Source of the DNA: Macrostomum lignano
Taxonomy: Eukaryota
NCBI GenBank assembly: GCA_002269645.1
Contig: NIVC01002678.1
Coordinates: 86,056 to 150,055, forward strand
Reading direction: 5' to 3'
DNA length: 64,000 nt
Shown here: positions 1-13,815 of the stretch, one piece after another
Layout: each line of letters begins with the position of its first letter
How positions within the stretch are numbered: position 1 is the first letter of the stretch
The notes under the pieces: generated by a model
Database searches by the model: none
What the model saw: only the letters and a program-made list of their open reading frames with translations
Told to the model about the DNA's origin: nothing
Translations under genes and position numbers: made by a program

Positions 1-695
1 ACCCTCCCCCCAACTTTATCTATTTCGTCTCGCAAAACTGAGTACAATATTTGCAAAAAGTTAAAGTATGGAAATAGTTTTTCAAATGCTGTGCTTTTTC
101 TTTTCATATTTAAAGCAAACAACTTATATCCCCGAACTCAGCGTTGCAAGATCTTTCCAGCAATATAAGTTTTTCTTTTCAAAGTTTAAAACTCGAGGAA
201 CAGTTAGCGTTTGAAACTGTCTGATTTATAGCATTGAAGTATGGAGTGTACGTTCACTGCCTGCTTGCAAGTTGATGCATTGAATTTCAATGTCCAACAA
301 ATACACAGGGCTGCCCATTGAGAGGCAGGAAAACTTATCAGTAGCCATATCATTGCGCAATTATCTATACAGTCAGCCAGTGAGCCAGGGTCCAAGTGTA
401 CACACGCAGCCACTGAGAACGCTCCCACCCCCCACTGGAAAGAAAATACACTACAGAGATAGGGAAAAGTTGTGGCGCAATCACTAAAAATTCGTGCATT
501 TTTTCAACTCCAAGCAGAAAGAGGGGACAATTAAGATTATCAAAGGTCAAGATTCAAGTTTTCTGCTTTTTTGAGGATCTTAGAAATTAAAATTTCAGAA
601 TTAAAATAGCCTATAGCCGACCTCGGATAATTTCCAATCTTCCCATATAAGTTTCAACGCTGAGTTGCCACTATTCAAGGAGGAGTTGTCGAAAT

Positions 696-727
<32 letters not shown>

Positions 728-899
728 ACACGTCAACTTTAGTATATATAAGTGGAACTCCTCCTTCGGAGGAGAAAGGGGAAGAACTCCCATCACCGGA
801 ATTCCATTCCCTGAAATATCCATCAACTGAAATTCCATGTCTTGAACCCTATCTTCCAAATCGTCTCCAAATTCTTTAGAAAACCTTTCAAAGACCATA

Positions 900-1925
900 G
901 CTCAAAGACTCTCAAGTCTCTCATATCTCCTCTCTCCACTCTGTGCTATTATCGTGACTCTCTTCTCTCTCCTCTCTCTCATCTCATCTCTACCCGTACT
1001 CCCTTATTTATGTTTTCTCCCTCGTCTTTCGTCTGTACCCTCTCCTGTCTCTTGTCTCCTCTCTTCTCTCATATCTCTCCTCTTCACTTCTGTCTCCTGT
1101 CTTCTCTCTTCTCTCTTATCTCTCCCTCTTCTCTCCTCTTTTATATGTCATCCCTATTCACTTATCTATCGTCTCTCTTAACCCTCTCTCTCTTCTCTTT
1201 TCTTTCCTCTCTGCTCTCATTTCTCATATCTCATATACGCTCTCACACTCCACTTACTTGTCTCCAATCTTTCTTTCCTCCTTTCCACTTTTCCCTGTCT
1301 CTTCTCTTCTCTCTTTTCTATCCTCTCCATTCTCTCTTTTCTCCTCCCCTTGCTCCTTTTATCTTCTCCCCTCTCTTCTCTAATCTCTTCTCTCTTCTCT
1401 CTTATGTTCTCACTCATCTCTTATCATCGCATCTCTCATCTCTCCTCTCCTCACTACTTTCCTCTCTTAACTCTCTTATCTATTTCATCTCTCTCCTCTC
1501 TCCTCTTTCTCTTCTCCTCTCGCTTCTTCTCTCGCTTCTCTCTCCTATCTCTCCTCTCATCTCTACTACCGTATTTATATCTTCTAACTGGTCCTTCGTC
1601 TCTACTCTCTCCTTTCTCCTTTCTCCCCTCTTTTCTCCTTTCTTGTCTCTCCTGTCTCCCCTCCTCTCTCATCCCTCATCCCCTCATCTCACTCTTTCTT
1701 TCTCCTCTACTCTCCCCTCTCTTCTATTTTCTCTGTACGCTCTTATCCCTAATCTATTTTCTCTCCTCTCTCCTCTTTTCTTCTCTCTCCCTCTTCGTTC
1801 CCGCCTAAATCCCCTCTTCTCTCCAATCTGTCATGTCTAATATCTCCACTTATTTCTACTCTGTTTTCTATCATCTCATCTCTCTTCTGCTTTCATTCTT
1901 CTCTTTACTCTTTTCTCTGACTGAT
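900..1925 (+). repeat. Polypyrimidine (CT-rich) low-complexity tract of unit 1
   Basis: Almost exclusively C/T on the plus strand. Homologous tracts lie at ~3700-4665, ~7300-8280, ~10615-11650 and ~13995-14975. The last three contain pure (CT)n runs near 7581-7652, 10893-10957 and 14270-14347. Confidence 0.9.
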
Positions 1926-4726
1926 TGAAGATGCCAAATCCATCAAGATCCTCTCCGCGAAGCAGAAATCCTGTCCGTGCAACTGAAAACCATCGAAATC
2001 CTCTCCGTGAAACTGGACTCCTTCGAAATCCTTTCCGTGAAACTGAAAACCATCGAAATTCTCTCTTTTAAACTGGACTCAATCGAAATTTTCTCCGTCA
2101 AAAAAATAAATATCAGGATTCATTGGTTAGGGTTATTGTTAGGGTTAGGGTTAGGGTTAAAGCTACACACAGCTGCGTGTTCAAATAAAAATTGAACCAA
2201 TTGAATCAATTGATTGCGCAACCGATTTCTCAGTCAGTCAGTATCAGTCTCAGTTAAAGTTAACAAAAAGATTGCGCAAACTAAATCAACCCTCCAGTAC
2301 ACAGAGACCGACCCCTTTTCAATACGCAGTAGCAGTTAGAAATTGAACGCCGAACTGTTGGGGGCATTGAACCAAAAAATGAGTACAATCTTTGCATAAA
2401 GCTAAAAGTATGGAAATAGTTTTTTTGATGCTGCTCTTTTAGTCTTTATATTTATAGCAAACAATTTATATCCTCGAACTCAGCGTTGCAAGATCTTTTC
2501 AGCAGGATAAGTATCTTCTCTTAAAGTTTAGAACTCGAAGAGCAGTTAGCGTTTGAAAGTTCCCGTTTTAAGGCATTGAAATATCGCGTGTACGTTCACT
2601 GCCTGCCAAAGAGGCTCGCAAATTTATTCATTCATTAAACAGGCTGGCTATTACACAGGGCAGCCTATTGAAAGGCACAGATAATAAAACAAATTGATGG
2701 CGCAACCGATTTCACAGTCAGTCAGTATCAGTCTCAGTTAAAGTTAACAAAAACATTGCGCAATCTAAATCAACCCTCCAATCCACAGCAGTAGTGAGAA
2801 GTTGAACCCTCCCCCCAACTTTATCTATTACGTCTCGCAAAACTGAGTACAATTTTTGCAAAAAGTTAAAGTATGGAAATAGTTTTTCAAATGCTGTGCT
2901 TTTTCTTTTCATATTTAAAGCAAACAATTTATATCCCTGAAATCAGCTTTGCAAGTTCTTTCCAGCAATATTAATTTTTTCTCTCAAAGTTAAAAACTCG
3001 AGCAACAGTTTGCGTTTGAAAGTTTCTGATTTAAAGCATTGAAATATCAATTGTACGTTCACTGCCTGCTAAAGAGGCCCGCAAGTTTATGCATTGAATT
3101 TCAAGGTTCAACAAAACACAGGGCTGCCTATTGAAAATTAGAACACAAATCTTTGCGCAATTGTCTATAAAGTCAGCCGGTGAGCCAGGGTCCGATTGTA
3201 CACATGCAGCCATTTAGAACGCCCCATCCCCCCACTGGAGAGAAAATACACTGCCAAGGTAGCAAAATTTTATGGCGCAATCACTTAAAATTCATGCAAA
3301 TTTTCAGCTCCGAGCAGAAAGAGGGGACAATTAAGATTATCAAAGGTCAAGACCGCCGTTTTCTGCTTTTTTGAGGATCTTAGAAATTAAAATTTCAGAA
3401 TTAAAATAGCCTATAGCCGACCTCGGATAATTTCCAATCTTCCCATATAAGTTTCAACGCTGAGTTGCCACTATTCAAGGAGGAGTTGTCGAAATGACAG
3501 ACACACAGACAGACAGACAAACAAACAACACGTGAACTTTAGTATATGTACGAGTGGAACTCCTCCTTCGGAGGAGAAAGGGGAAGAACTCCCATCACCG
3601 GAATTCCATTCCCTGAATTATCCATCAACTGAAATTCCATGTCTTGAACCCCATCTTCCAAATCGTCTCCAAATTCTTTACAAACCTTTCAAAGACCATA
3701 GCTCAAAGACTCTTACGTCTCTCATATCTACTCTCTCCTCTCTTCGCTATTATCGTGACTCGCTTCTCTCTCCTCTCTCTCATCTCATCTCTACCCCTAC
3801 TCTCTTTTTTATCTCTACTCCCTTATTTATCTCTTCTCCCTCGTCTTTCGTCTGTACCCTCTCCTGTCTACTCTCCTATCTTCTCTATTATCTCTCCCCT
3901 TTTCTCTCCTCTCTCATATCTCATCTCTACTTACTTATCTATTGTCTCCGCTCTACTTTCTCTCTTCTCTCTGCTCTCATTTCTCGTATCTCTTATACGC
4001 TCTCACCCTCTCTCTTTCTTATCTACCATCTTTCTTCCCTTTCTACTGCATCACCTGTCTCCTCTCCTCTCTTTTCTCTCCTCTCCATACTCTCTTCTCT
4101 CGTCTCATCTCCCCTCATCTCTTCTCTAATCTCGAATCTCTCCTCTCTCATATCTCTTCTCTACTCACTTATCTATTCTCTCTCCTCTGCTCCCCTTTTA
4201 CACTTTCCTATATGCTCTCACTCCCATCCTCTCCTTTCTTATCTCCTGTTTTTTACACTCCTTTCTACCACCTGTCTCCTCTCGTTTCTCTCCTCTCTGC
4301 ACTCTCATCTTTACCCTCTTCTTTCTCCTCACTACTTTCTTCTCTTAAATCTCTGATTTCTGATCTTTCATCTCTCTCCTCTCACCTCTCACCTCTCTCC
4401 TCTCTTTCCTCTCTTCTATTGCCTCTGTACGCTCTTATCCCTCCTTTCTTCTCTCTCCTGTCTCCTCTCTGCTATCTCATATCTCCTCTCTCATATCCTC
4501 TCCCTTCATCTCCTCTCTCCTCTTCTCTTCTCTCTCCTTCGTTCCCGCCTTACTCCCCTCTTCTCTCTCATCTGTCATGTCTAATCTCTCCACTCATTTC
4601 TACTCTGTTTTCTATCATCTCATCTCTCTTCTCTTTTCATTCTTCTCTTTACTCTCTTCTCTGACTGATTGAAGATGCCAAATCCATCAAGATCCTCTCC
4701 GCGAAGCAGAAATCCTGTCCGTGCAA

Positions 4727-5090
4727 CTGAAAACCATCGAAATCCTCTCCGTGAAACTGGACTCCTTCGAAACCCTCTCCTTGAAACTTAAATCCATCAA
4801 AATGGTCTCCATAAAACATAAATCAATCATAATTTATCTCCGCGAAACAGAAATCCTCTCCGTGAAGCTGAACATCATCGAAATTCTCTCCGTGAAACTG
4901 AACATCATCGAAATCCTTTCCACGAAACTGAACACCATTGAAATCCTCTCCACGAAACTGAACACCATTGAAATCCTCTCCACGAAACTGAACACCATCG
5001 AAATCCTCTCCACGAAACTGAACACCATTGAAATCCTCTCCACGAAACTGAACACCATCGAATCCTCTCCACGAAACAGAAATCCTCTTC
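4727..5090 (+). repeat. 30-bp minisatellite (GAAATCCTCTCCACGAAACTGAACACCATY), expanded in unit 2
   Basis: The period is visible directly and as the 10-aa repeat EILSTKLNTI in the spurious ORF 4721-5179. Only ~3-4 degenerate copies occur in the other units (e.g. ~1980-2100, ~8340-8470). Confidence 0.88.
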
Positions 5091-5175
5091 GTCAGAATTT
5101 AAACATTGAAATCGTCTCCGCTAAACTTGACTTAATCGAATTTTTTCCGTCAAACAACTCAACTCGCCAGATTCA

Positions 5176-5205
5176 TTAGGGTTAGGGTTAGGGTTAGGGT
5201 TAGGG
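5176..5205 (+). repeat. Interstitial telomeric repeat (TTAGGG)5
   Basis: Five perfect TTAGGG units. Shorter tracts occur at the equivalent position in the other units: 2127-2156, ~8512-8529, ~11884-11907 and ~15208-15231. Confidence 0.92.
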
Positions 5206-6002
5206 TTAGAACTACGCACAGCTTCGTGTTAAAAGGCACAGATAAAAATATTGAACTAATTGAATCAATTCATTGCGCAACCGATTTCACAGTCAGTCAG
5301 TATCAGCCTCAGGTAAAGTTAACAAAAACATTGCGCAATCTAAGTCAACCCTCTAATACACAGCAGCAGTGAGAAGTTCAACCCTCCCCCAACAATCTTT
5401 GCAGATTAAAGTACAATCTTTGCAGAAAGTTAAAAGTATGGAAATAGTTTTTCAAATGCTGTGCTTTTTCTTTTCATATTTAAAGCAAACAACTTATATC
5501 CCCGAACTCAGCGTTGCAAGATCTTGCCAGCAATATAAGTATCTCCTCTCAAAGTTTAAAACTCGAGGAACAGTTGCCGTTTCTAATTTCCCAATTTCCC
5601 GACTGCTTGCCTGAGAGGCTCGCAATTTTGTACATTGAATTTCACTGCCAAGCTAATACACAGGGCCGATAATAAAAAAGTGAACCAATTGAATCAATTG
5701 ATTGCGCAATATATTTCTGTGTTAGTCAGTATAAGTCTCAGTTAAAGTTAACAAAAAGTTTGCGCAATCTAATCAACCCTCCAATACAAAGCAACTGACC
5801 CCCTTCCTATACACAGCGCCAGTTAGAAGTCGAAACCCCAACTTTATCTCTCACCTCTCGCCAAAATGAGTACAATCTTTGCAGAAAGTTTAAAGTATGG
5901 AAATAGTTTTTGCAATGCAGAGCTTTTAGTTTTCATATTTAAAGCAAACAATTTATATCCCTGAAATCAGCTTTGCAAGTTCTTTCCAGCAATATAAATT
6001 TT

Positions 6003-7147
6003 TTCTCTCAAAGTTAAAAACTCGAGCAACAGTTTGCGTTTGAAACTTTCTGATTTAAAGCATTGAAATATCGATTGTACGTTCACTGCCTGCTAAAGAG
6101 GCTCGCAAGTTTATGCATTGAATTTCAAGGTTCAACAAAATCACAGGGCTGCCTATTGAAAATTAGAACACAAATCTTTGCGCAATTGTCTATACAGTCA
6201 GCCAGTGAGCCAGGGTCCGATTGTACACAGGCAGCCATTTAGAACGCCCCATCCCCCCACTGGAGAGAAAATACACTGCAGAGATAGGGAAAAGTTGTGG
6301 CGCAATCACTTGAAATTCATGCAAATTTTCAGCTCCAAGCAGAAAGAGGGGACAATTAAGATTATCAAAGGTCAAGACCGCCGTTTTCTGCTTTTTTGAG
6401 GATCTTAGAAATTAAAATTTCAGAATTAAAATAGCCTATAGCCGACCTCGGATAATTTCCAATCTTCCCATATAAGTTTCAACGCTGAGTTGCCACTATT
6501 CAAGGAGGAGTTGTCGAAATGACAGACACACAGACAGACATACAGACAAACAACACGTCAACTTTAGTATTAAGATTCTCTCAAAGTTAAAAACTCGAGC
6601 AACAGTTTGCGTTTGAAACTTTCTGATTTAAAGCATTGAAATATCGATTGTACGTTCACTGCCTGCTAAAGAGGCTCGCAAGTTTATGCATTGAATTTCA
6701 AGGTTCAACAAAATCACAGGGCTGCCTATTGAAAATTAGAACACAAATCTTTGCGCAATTGTCTATACAGTCAGCCAGTGAGCCAGGGTCCGATTGTACA
6801 CAGGCAGCCATTTAGAACGCCCCATCCCCCACTGGAGAGAAAATACACTGCAGAGATAGGGAAAAGTTGTGGCGCAATCACTTGAAATTCATGCAAATTT
6901 TCAGCTCCAAGCAGAAAGAGGGGACAATTAAGATTATCAAAGGTCAAGACCGCCGTTTTCTGCTTTTTTGAGGATCTTAGAAATTAAAATTTCAGAATTA
7001 AAATAGCCTATAGCCGACCTCGGATAATTTCCAATCTTCCCATATAAGTTTCAACGCTGAGTTGCCACTATTCAAGGAGGAGTTGTCGAAATGACAGACA
7101 CACAGACAGACATACAGACAAACAACACGTCAACTTTAGTATTAAGA
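6003..7147 (-). repeat. Near-exact tandem duplication of the ~573-bp 5'-terminal module
   Basis: 6003-6575 is repeated at 6576-7147. The only difference I noted is one C in a C-run, and both copies end in ACTTTAGTATTAAGA on the plus strand. Confidence 0.88.
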
Positions 7148-7173
7148 CGAGTGGAACTCCTCCTTCGGAGGAG
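7148..7173 (-). other. Helitron-like 3' terminus: 7-bp hairpin with GAA loop followed by CTCG
   Basis: Plus strand CGAGTGGAA-CTCCTCC-TTC-GGAGGAG is a perfect 7-bp inverted repeat. Hairpin copies lie at 758-774, 3560-3576, 7157-7173, 10470-10486 and 13846-13862. Confidence 0.7.
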
Positions 7174-7578
7174 AAAGGGGAAGAACTCCCATCACCGGAA
7201 TTCCATTCCCTGAATTATCCATCAACTGAAATTCCATGTCTTGAACCCCATCTTCCAAATCATCTCCAAATTCTTTACAAACCTTTCAAAGACCATAGCT
7301 CAAAGACTCTTACGTCTCTCATATCTACTCTCTCCTCTCTTCGCTATTATCGTGACTCTCTTCTCTCTCCTCTCTCTCATCTCATCTCTACCCCTACTTC
7401 CTTATTTATCTCTTCTCCCTCGTCTTTCGTCTGTACCCCCTCCTGTCTCCTCTGTTCTCTGTTCTATCACATCTCTATTCTTCACTTCTGTCTCCTGTCT
7501 CCTCTCTTCTCTCTTATCTCTCCTTCTTCTCTTCTCTCTCATATGTCATCTCTACTCACTTATCTATCGTCTCTCTTA

Positions 7579-7655
<77 letters not shown>

Positions 7656-10407
7656 TCTCATTTCTTATATCTCATATACGGTCTCAGACTCTACTTTCTT
7701 GTCTCCCATCTTTCTTTCCTCCTTTCCACTACCCCCGTCTCTTCTCTTCTCTCTTTTCTAATCTCTAATCTCTTCTCTCTTATGTTCTCACTCATCTCTT
7801 CTCCTCGCATCTCTCATCTCTCCTCTCCTCACTACTTCCCTCTCTTAACTCTCTCATCTCTGATTTTTCATCTCTCTCCTCTCTCCTCTCGCTCTTTTCC
7901 TTTCGCTTCTCTCTCCTCCCTCTCCTCTCATCTCTACTACTTTATTTATATCTTCTCCCTCGTCTTTCGTCTCTACTCTCGTCTGTCTCCTTTCTCCCCT
8001 TTTTTCTCCTCTTTTCTCTCTTCTCTCTCCGCTCCTCTCTCATCTCTCATCCCTCATCTCACTCTTTCTTTCTCCTATTATCTCTCTTGTCTCCCTTTGC
8101 TATCTCATATATCCACTCTTATCTCCTCTCTCCTCTTCGCTTTTCTGTCCTTCGTTCCCGCCTTAATCCCCTCTTCTCTCCAATCTGTCATGTCTAATCT
8201 CTCCACTCATTTCTACTCTGTTTTCTACCATCTCATATCTCTTCTCTTTTCATTCTTCTTTTTATTCTCTTCTCTGACTGATTGAAGATGCCAAATCAAT
8301 CAAGATCCTCTCCGCGAAGCAGAAATCCTGTCCGTGCAACTGAAAACCATCGAAATCCTCTCCGTGAAACTGAAGAGAATCGAAATCCTCTCCGCGAAAC
8401 AGAAATCCTCTCCGTGAAACTGAAAACCATCGAAATTCTTTCTTTTAAACTGGACTCAATCGAAATTTTCTCCGTCAAAAAGAATAAATATCAGGATTCA
8501 TTGGTTATTGTTAAGGGTTAGGGTTAGAGCTACACACAGCTGCGTGTTCAAATAAAAAATGAACCAATTGAATCAATTGATTGCGCAACCGATTTCACAG
8601 TCAGTCAGTATCAGTCTCAGTTAAAGTTAGCAAAAAAATTGCGCAATCTAAATCAACCCTCCAGTACACAGAGACCGACCCCTTTTCAATACGCAGTGGC
8701 AGTTAGAAATTGAACCTCAAACTTTTGGGGGCATTGAACAAAAAAATGAGTACAATCTTTGCATAAAGCTAAAAGTATGGAAATGGTTTTTTGAAACATT
8801 TTATATCCTCGAACTCAGCGTTGCAAGATCTTTTCAGCAGTATAAGTCTCTTCTCTTAAAGTTTAGAACTCGAAGAGCAGTTAGCGTTTGAAAGTTCCCG
8901 TTTTAAAGCATTGAAATGTCGCGTGTACGTTCACTGCCTGCCAAAGAGGCTCGCAAGTTTATTCATTTACTACACAGGCCGGCTATTACACAGGGCAGCC
9001 TATTGAAAGGCACAGATAATAAAACAAAATTGATGGCGCAACTGATTTCACAGTATGTCAGTATCAGTCTCAGTTACAGTTAACAAAAAGATTGCGCAAT
9101 CTAAATCAACCCTCCAATACACAGCGCCCGACCGCCTTCCACTACGCAGTGGCAATTAGCAATTGAACCCCCCAAATTTATCTCTGACCTATCGCAAAAA
9201 TAAGTACAATCTTTGCAGCAAGTTAAAAGTAAAAGTAATAAAATCGTTTTTTGAATGCTGTGCTTTTAATTTTTACAGTTAAAGCAAACAACTTATATCC
9301 CTGAACTCAGCGTTGCAAGATCTTTCCAGCAATATAAGTCTCTCCTCTCAAAGTTCAAAAATCGAGCAACAGTTAGCATTTGAAACTTTCTGATTTAAAG
9401 CATTGAAATATCGAGTGTACGTTCACTGCCTGCTAGAGAGGCTCGCAAATTGATGCATTGAATTTCACTGTCCGCCAGTTAGCTAGGGTCCAAGTGTACA
9501 CACGCCGCCACTGAGAACGCTCCTATCCCCCCACTGGAGAGAAAATACACTGCCAAGTTAGCAAAATTTTATGGCGCAATCACTTAAAATTCATGCAAAT
9601 TTTCAGCTCCAAGCAGAAAGAGGGGACAATTAAGATTATCAAAGGTCAAGACCGCCGTTTTCTGCTTTTTTGAGGATCTTAGAAATTAAAATTTCAGAAT
9701 TAAAATAGCCTATAGCCGACCTCGGATAATTTCCAATCTTCCCATATAAGTTTCAACGCTGAGTTGGCACTATTCAAGGAGGAGTTGTCGAAATGACAGA
9801 CAGACATACAGACAGACATACAGACAGACATACAGACAGACAAACAACGCGTCAACTTTAGTATATATAGAGATAGATAGATTTTCTTTTCAAAGTTTAA
9901 AACTCGAGGAACAGTTAGCGTTTGAAACTGTCTGATTTATAGCATTGAAGTATGGAGTGTACGTTCACTGCCTGCTTGCAAGTTGATGCATTGAATTTCA
10001 ATGTCCAACAAATACACAGGGCTGCCCATTGAGAGGCAGGAAAACTTATCAGTAGCCATATCATTGCGCAATTATCTATACAGTCAGCCAGTGAGCCAGG
10101 GTCCAAGTGTACACACGCAGCCACTGAGAACGCTCCCACCCCCCCACTGGAAAGAAAATACACTACAGAGATAGGGAAAAGTTGTGGCGCAATCACTAAA
10201 AATTCGTGCATTTTTTCAGCTCCAAGCAGAAAGAGGGGACAATTAAGATTATCAAAGGTCAAGATTCAAGTTTTCTGCTTTTTTAAGGATCTTAGAAATT
10301 AAAATTTCAGAATTAAAATAGCCTATAGCCGACCTCGGATAATTTCCAATCTTCCCATATAAGTTTCAACGCTGAGTTGCCACTATTCAAGGAGGAGTTG
10401 TCGAAAT

Positions 10408-10439
<32 letters not shown>

Positions 10440-10460
10440 ACGCGTCAACTTTAGTATATA
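7148..10460 (-). mobile_element. Representative non-autonomous Helitron-like unit
   Basis: On the minus strand the start is TATATACTAAAGTTGAC..(GTCT)n; sister ends read TCTTAATACTAAAG (6575, 7147) and TCTATATATACTAAAG (9871, 13249, 16572). The end is the hairpin CTCCTCC-GAA-GGAGGAG followed by TTCCA-CTCG. A 5'-TC, a subterminal tetranucleotide microsatellite and a 3' hairpin plus CTRR-like end are established Helitron hallmarks. CTCG is a variant of CTRR. No Rep/helicase ORF is present in the unit. Confidence 0.68.
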
Positions 10461-10891
10461 CGAGTGGAACTCCTCCTTCGGAGGAGAAAGGGGAAGAACT
10501 CCCATCACCGGAATTCCATTCCCTGAATTATCCATCAACTGAAATTCCATGTCTTGAACCCCATCTTCCAAATCGTCTCCAAATTCTTTACAAACCTTTC
10601 AAAGACCATAGCTCAAAGACTCTTACGTCTCTCATATCTACTCTCTCCTCTCTTCGCTATTATCGTGACTCTCTTCTCTCTCCTCTCTCTCATCTCATCT
10701 CTACCCCTACTTCCTTATTTATCTCTTCTTCCTCGTCTTTCGTCTGTACCCCCTCCTGTCTCCTCTGTTCTCTGTTCTATCACATCTCTATTCTTCACTT
10801 CTGTCTCCTGTCTCCTCTCTTCTCTCTTATCTCTCCTTCTTCTCTTCTCTCTCATATGTCATCTCTACTCACTTATCTATCGTCTCTCTTA

Positions 10892-10961
<70 letters not shown>

Positions 10962-13783
10962 CTGCTCTCATTTCTTATATCTCATATACGGTCTCAGACT
11001 CTACTTTCTTGTCTCCCATCTTTCTTTCCTCCTTTCCACTACCCCCCGTCTCTTCTCTTCTCTCTTTTCTAATCTCTAATCTCTTCTCTCTTATGTTCTC
11101 ACTCATCTCTTCTCCTCGCATCTCTCATCTCTCCTCTCCTCACTACTTCCCTCTCTTAACTCTCTCATCTCTGATTTTTCATCTCTCTCCTCTCTCCTCT
11201 CGCTCTTTTCCTTTCGCTTCTCTCTCCTCCCTCTCCTCTCATCTCTACTACTTTATTTATATCTTCTCCCTCGTCTTTCGTCTCTACTCTCGTCTGTCTC
11301 CTTTCTCCCCTTTTTTCTCCTCTTTTCTCTCTTCTCTCTCCGCTCCTCTCTCATCTCTCATCCCTCATCTCACTCTTTCTTTCTCCTCTACTCTCCCCTC
11401 TCTTCTATTTCCTCTGTACGCTCTTATCCTTCATCTATTCTCTCTCCTATTATCTCTCTTGTCTCCCTTTGCTATCTCATATATCCACTCTTATCTCCTC
11501 TCTCCTCTTCGCTTTTCTGTCCTTCGTTCCCGCCTTAATCCCCTCTTCTCTCCCATCTGTCATGTCTAATCTCTCCACTCATTTCTACTCTGTTTTCTAC
11601 CATCTCATATCTCTTCTCTTTTCATTCTTCTTTTTATTCTCTTCTCTGACTGATTGAAGATGCCAAATCAATCAAGATCCTCTCCGCGAAGCAGAAATCC
11701 TGTCCGTGCAACTGAAAACCATCGAAATCCTCTCCGTGAAACTGAAGAGAATCGAAATCCTCTCCGCGAAACAGAAATCCTCTCCGTGAAACTGAAAACC
11801 ATCGAAATTCTTTCTTTTAAACTGGACTCAATCGAAATTTTCTCCGTCAAAAAGAATAAATATCAGGATTCATTGGTTATTGTTAAGGGTTAGGGTTAGG
11901 GTTAGAGCTACACACAGCTGCGTGTTCAAATAAAAAATGAACCAATTGAATCAATTGATTGCGCAACCGATTTCACAGTCAGTCAGTATCAGTCTCAGTT
12001 AAAGTTAGCAAAAAAATTGCGCAATCTAAATCAACCCTCCAGTACACAGAGACCGACCCCTTTTCAATACGCAGTGGCAGTTAGAAATTGAACCTCAAAC
12101 TTTTGGGGGCATTGAACAAAAAAATGAGTACAATCTTTGCATAAAGCTAAAAGTATGGAAATGGTTTTTTGAAACATTTTATATCCTCGAACTCAGCGTT
12201 GCAAGATCTTTTCAGCAGTATAAGTCTCTTCTCTTAAAGTTTAGAACTCGAAGAGCAGTTAGCGTTTGAAAGTTCCCGTTTTAAAGCATTGAAATGTCGC
12301 GTGTACGTTCACTGCCTGCCAAAGAGGCTCGCAAGTTTATTCATTTACTACACAGGCCGGCTATTACACAGGGCAGCCTATTGAAAGGCACAGATAATAA
12401 AACAAAATTGATGGCGCAACTGATTTCACAGTATGTCAGTATCAGTCTCAGTTACAGTTAACAAAAAGATTGCGCAATCTAAATCAACCCTCCAATACAC
12501 AGCGCCCGACCGCCTTCCACTACGCAGTGGCAATTAGCAATTGAACCCCCCAAATTTATCTCTGACCTATCGCAAAAATAAGTACAATCTTTGCAGCAAG
12601 TTAAAAGTAAAAGTAATAAAATCGTTTTTTGAATGCTGTGCTTTTAATTTTTACAGTTAAAGCAAACAACTTATATCCCTGAACTCAGCGTTGCAAGATC
12701 TTTCCAGCAATATAAGTCTCTCCTCTCAAAGTTCAAAAATCGAGCAACAGTTAGCATTTGAAACTTTCTGATTTAAAGCATTGAAATATCGAGTGTACGT
12801 TCACTGCCTGCTAGAGAGGCTCGCAAATTGATGCATTGAATTTCACTGTCCGCCAGTTAGCTAGGGTCCAAGTGTACACACGCCGCCACTGAGAACGCTC
12901 CTATCCCCCCACTGGAGAGAAAATACACTGCCAAGTTAGCAAAATTTTATGGCGCAATCACTTAAAATTCATGCAAATTTTCAGCTCCAAGCAGAAAGAG
13001 GGGACAATTAAGATTATCAAAGGTCAAGACCGCCGTTTTCTGCTTTTTTGAGGATCTTAGAAATTAAAATTTCAGAATTAAAATAGCCTATAGCCGACCT
13101 CGGATAATTTCCAATCTTCCCATATAAGTTTCAACGCTGAGTTGGCACTATTCAAGGAGGAGTTGTCGAAATGACAGACAGACATACAGACAGACATACA
13201 GACAGACATACAGACAGACAAACAACGCGTCAACTTTAGTATATATAGAGATAGATAGATTTTCTTTTCAAAGTTTAAAACTCGAGGAACAGTTAGCGTT
13301 TGAAACTGTCTGATTTATAGCATTGAAGTATGGAGTGTACGTTCACTGCCTGCTTGCAAGTTGATGCATTGAATTTCAATGTCCAACAAATACACAGGGC
13401 TGCCCATTGAGAGGCAGGAAAACTTATCAGTAGCCATATCATTGCGCAATTATCTATACAGTCAGCCAGTGAGCCAGGGTCCAAGTGTACACACGCAGCC
13501 ACTGAGAACGCTCCCACCCCCCCTGGAAAGAAAATACACTACAGAGATAGGGAAAAGTTGTGGCGCAATCACTAAAAATTCGTGCATTTTTTCAGCTCCA
13601 AGCAGAAAGAGGGGACAATTAAGATTATCAAAGGTCAAGATTCAAGTTTTCTGCTTTTTTAAGGATCTTAGAAATTAAAATTTCAGAATTAAAATAGCCT
13701 ATAGCCGACCTCGGATAATTTCCAATCTTCCCATATAAGTTTCAACGCTGAGTTGCCACTATTCAAGGAGGAGTTGTCGAAAT

Positions 13784-13815
<32 letters not shown>

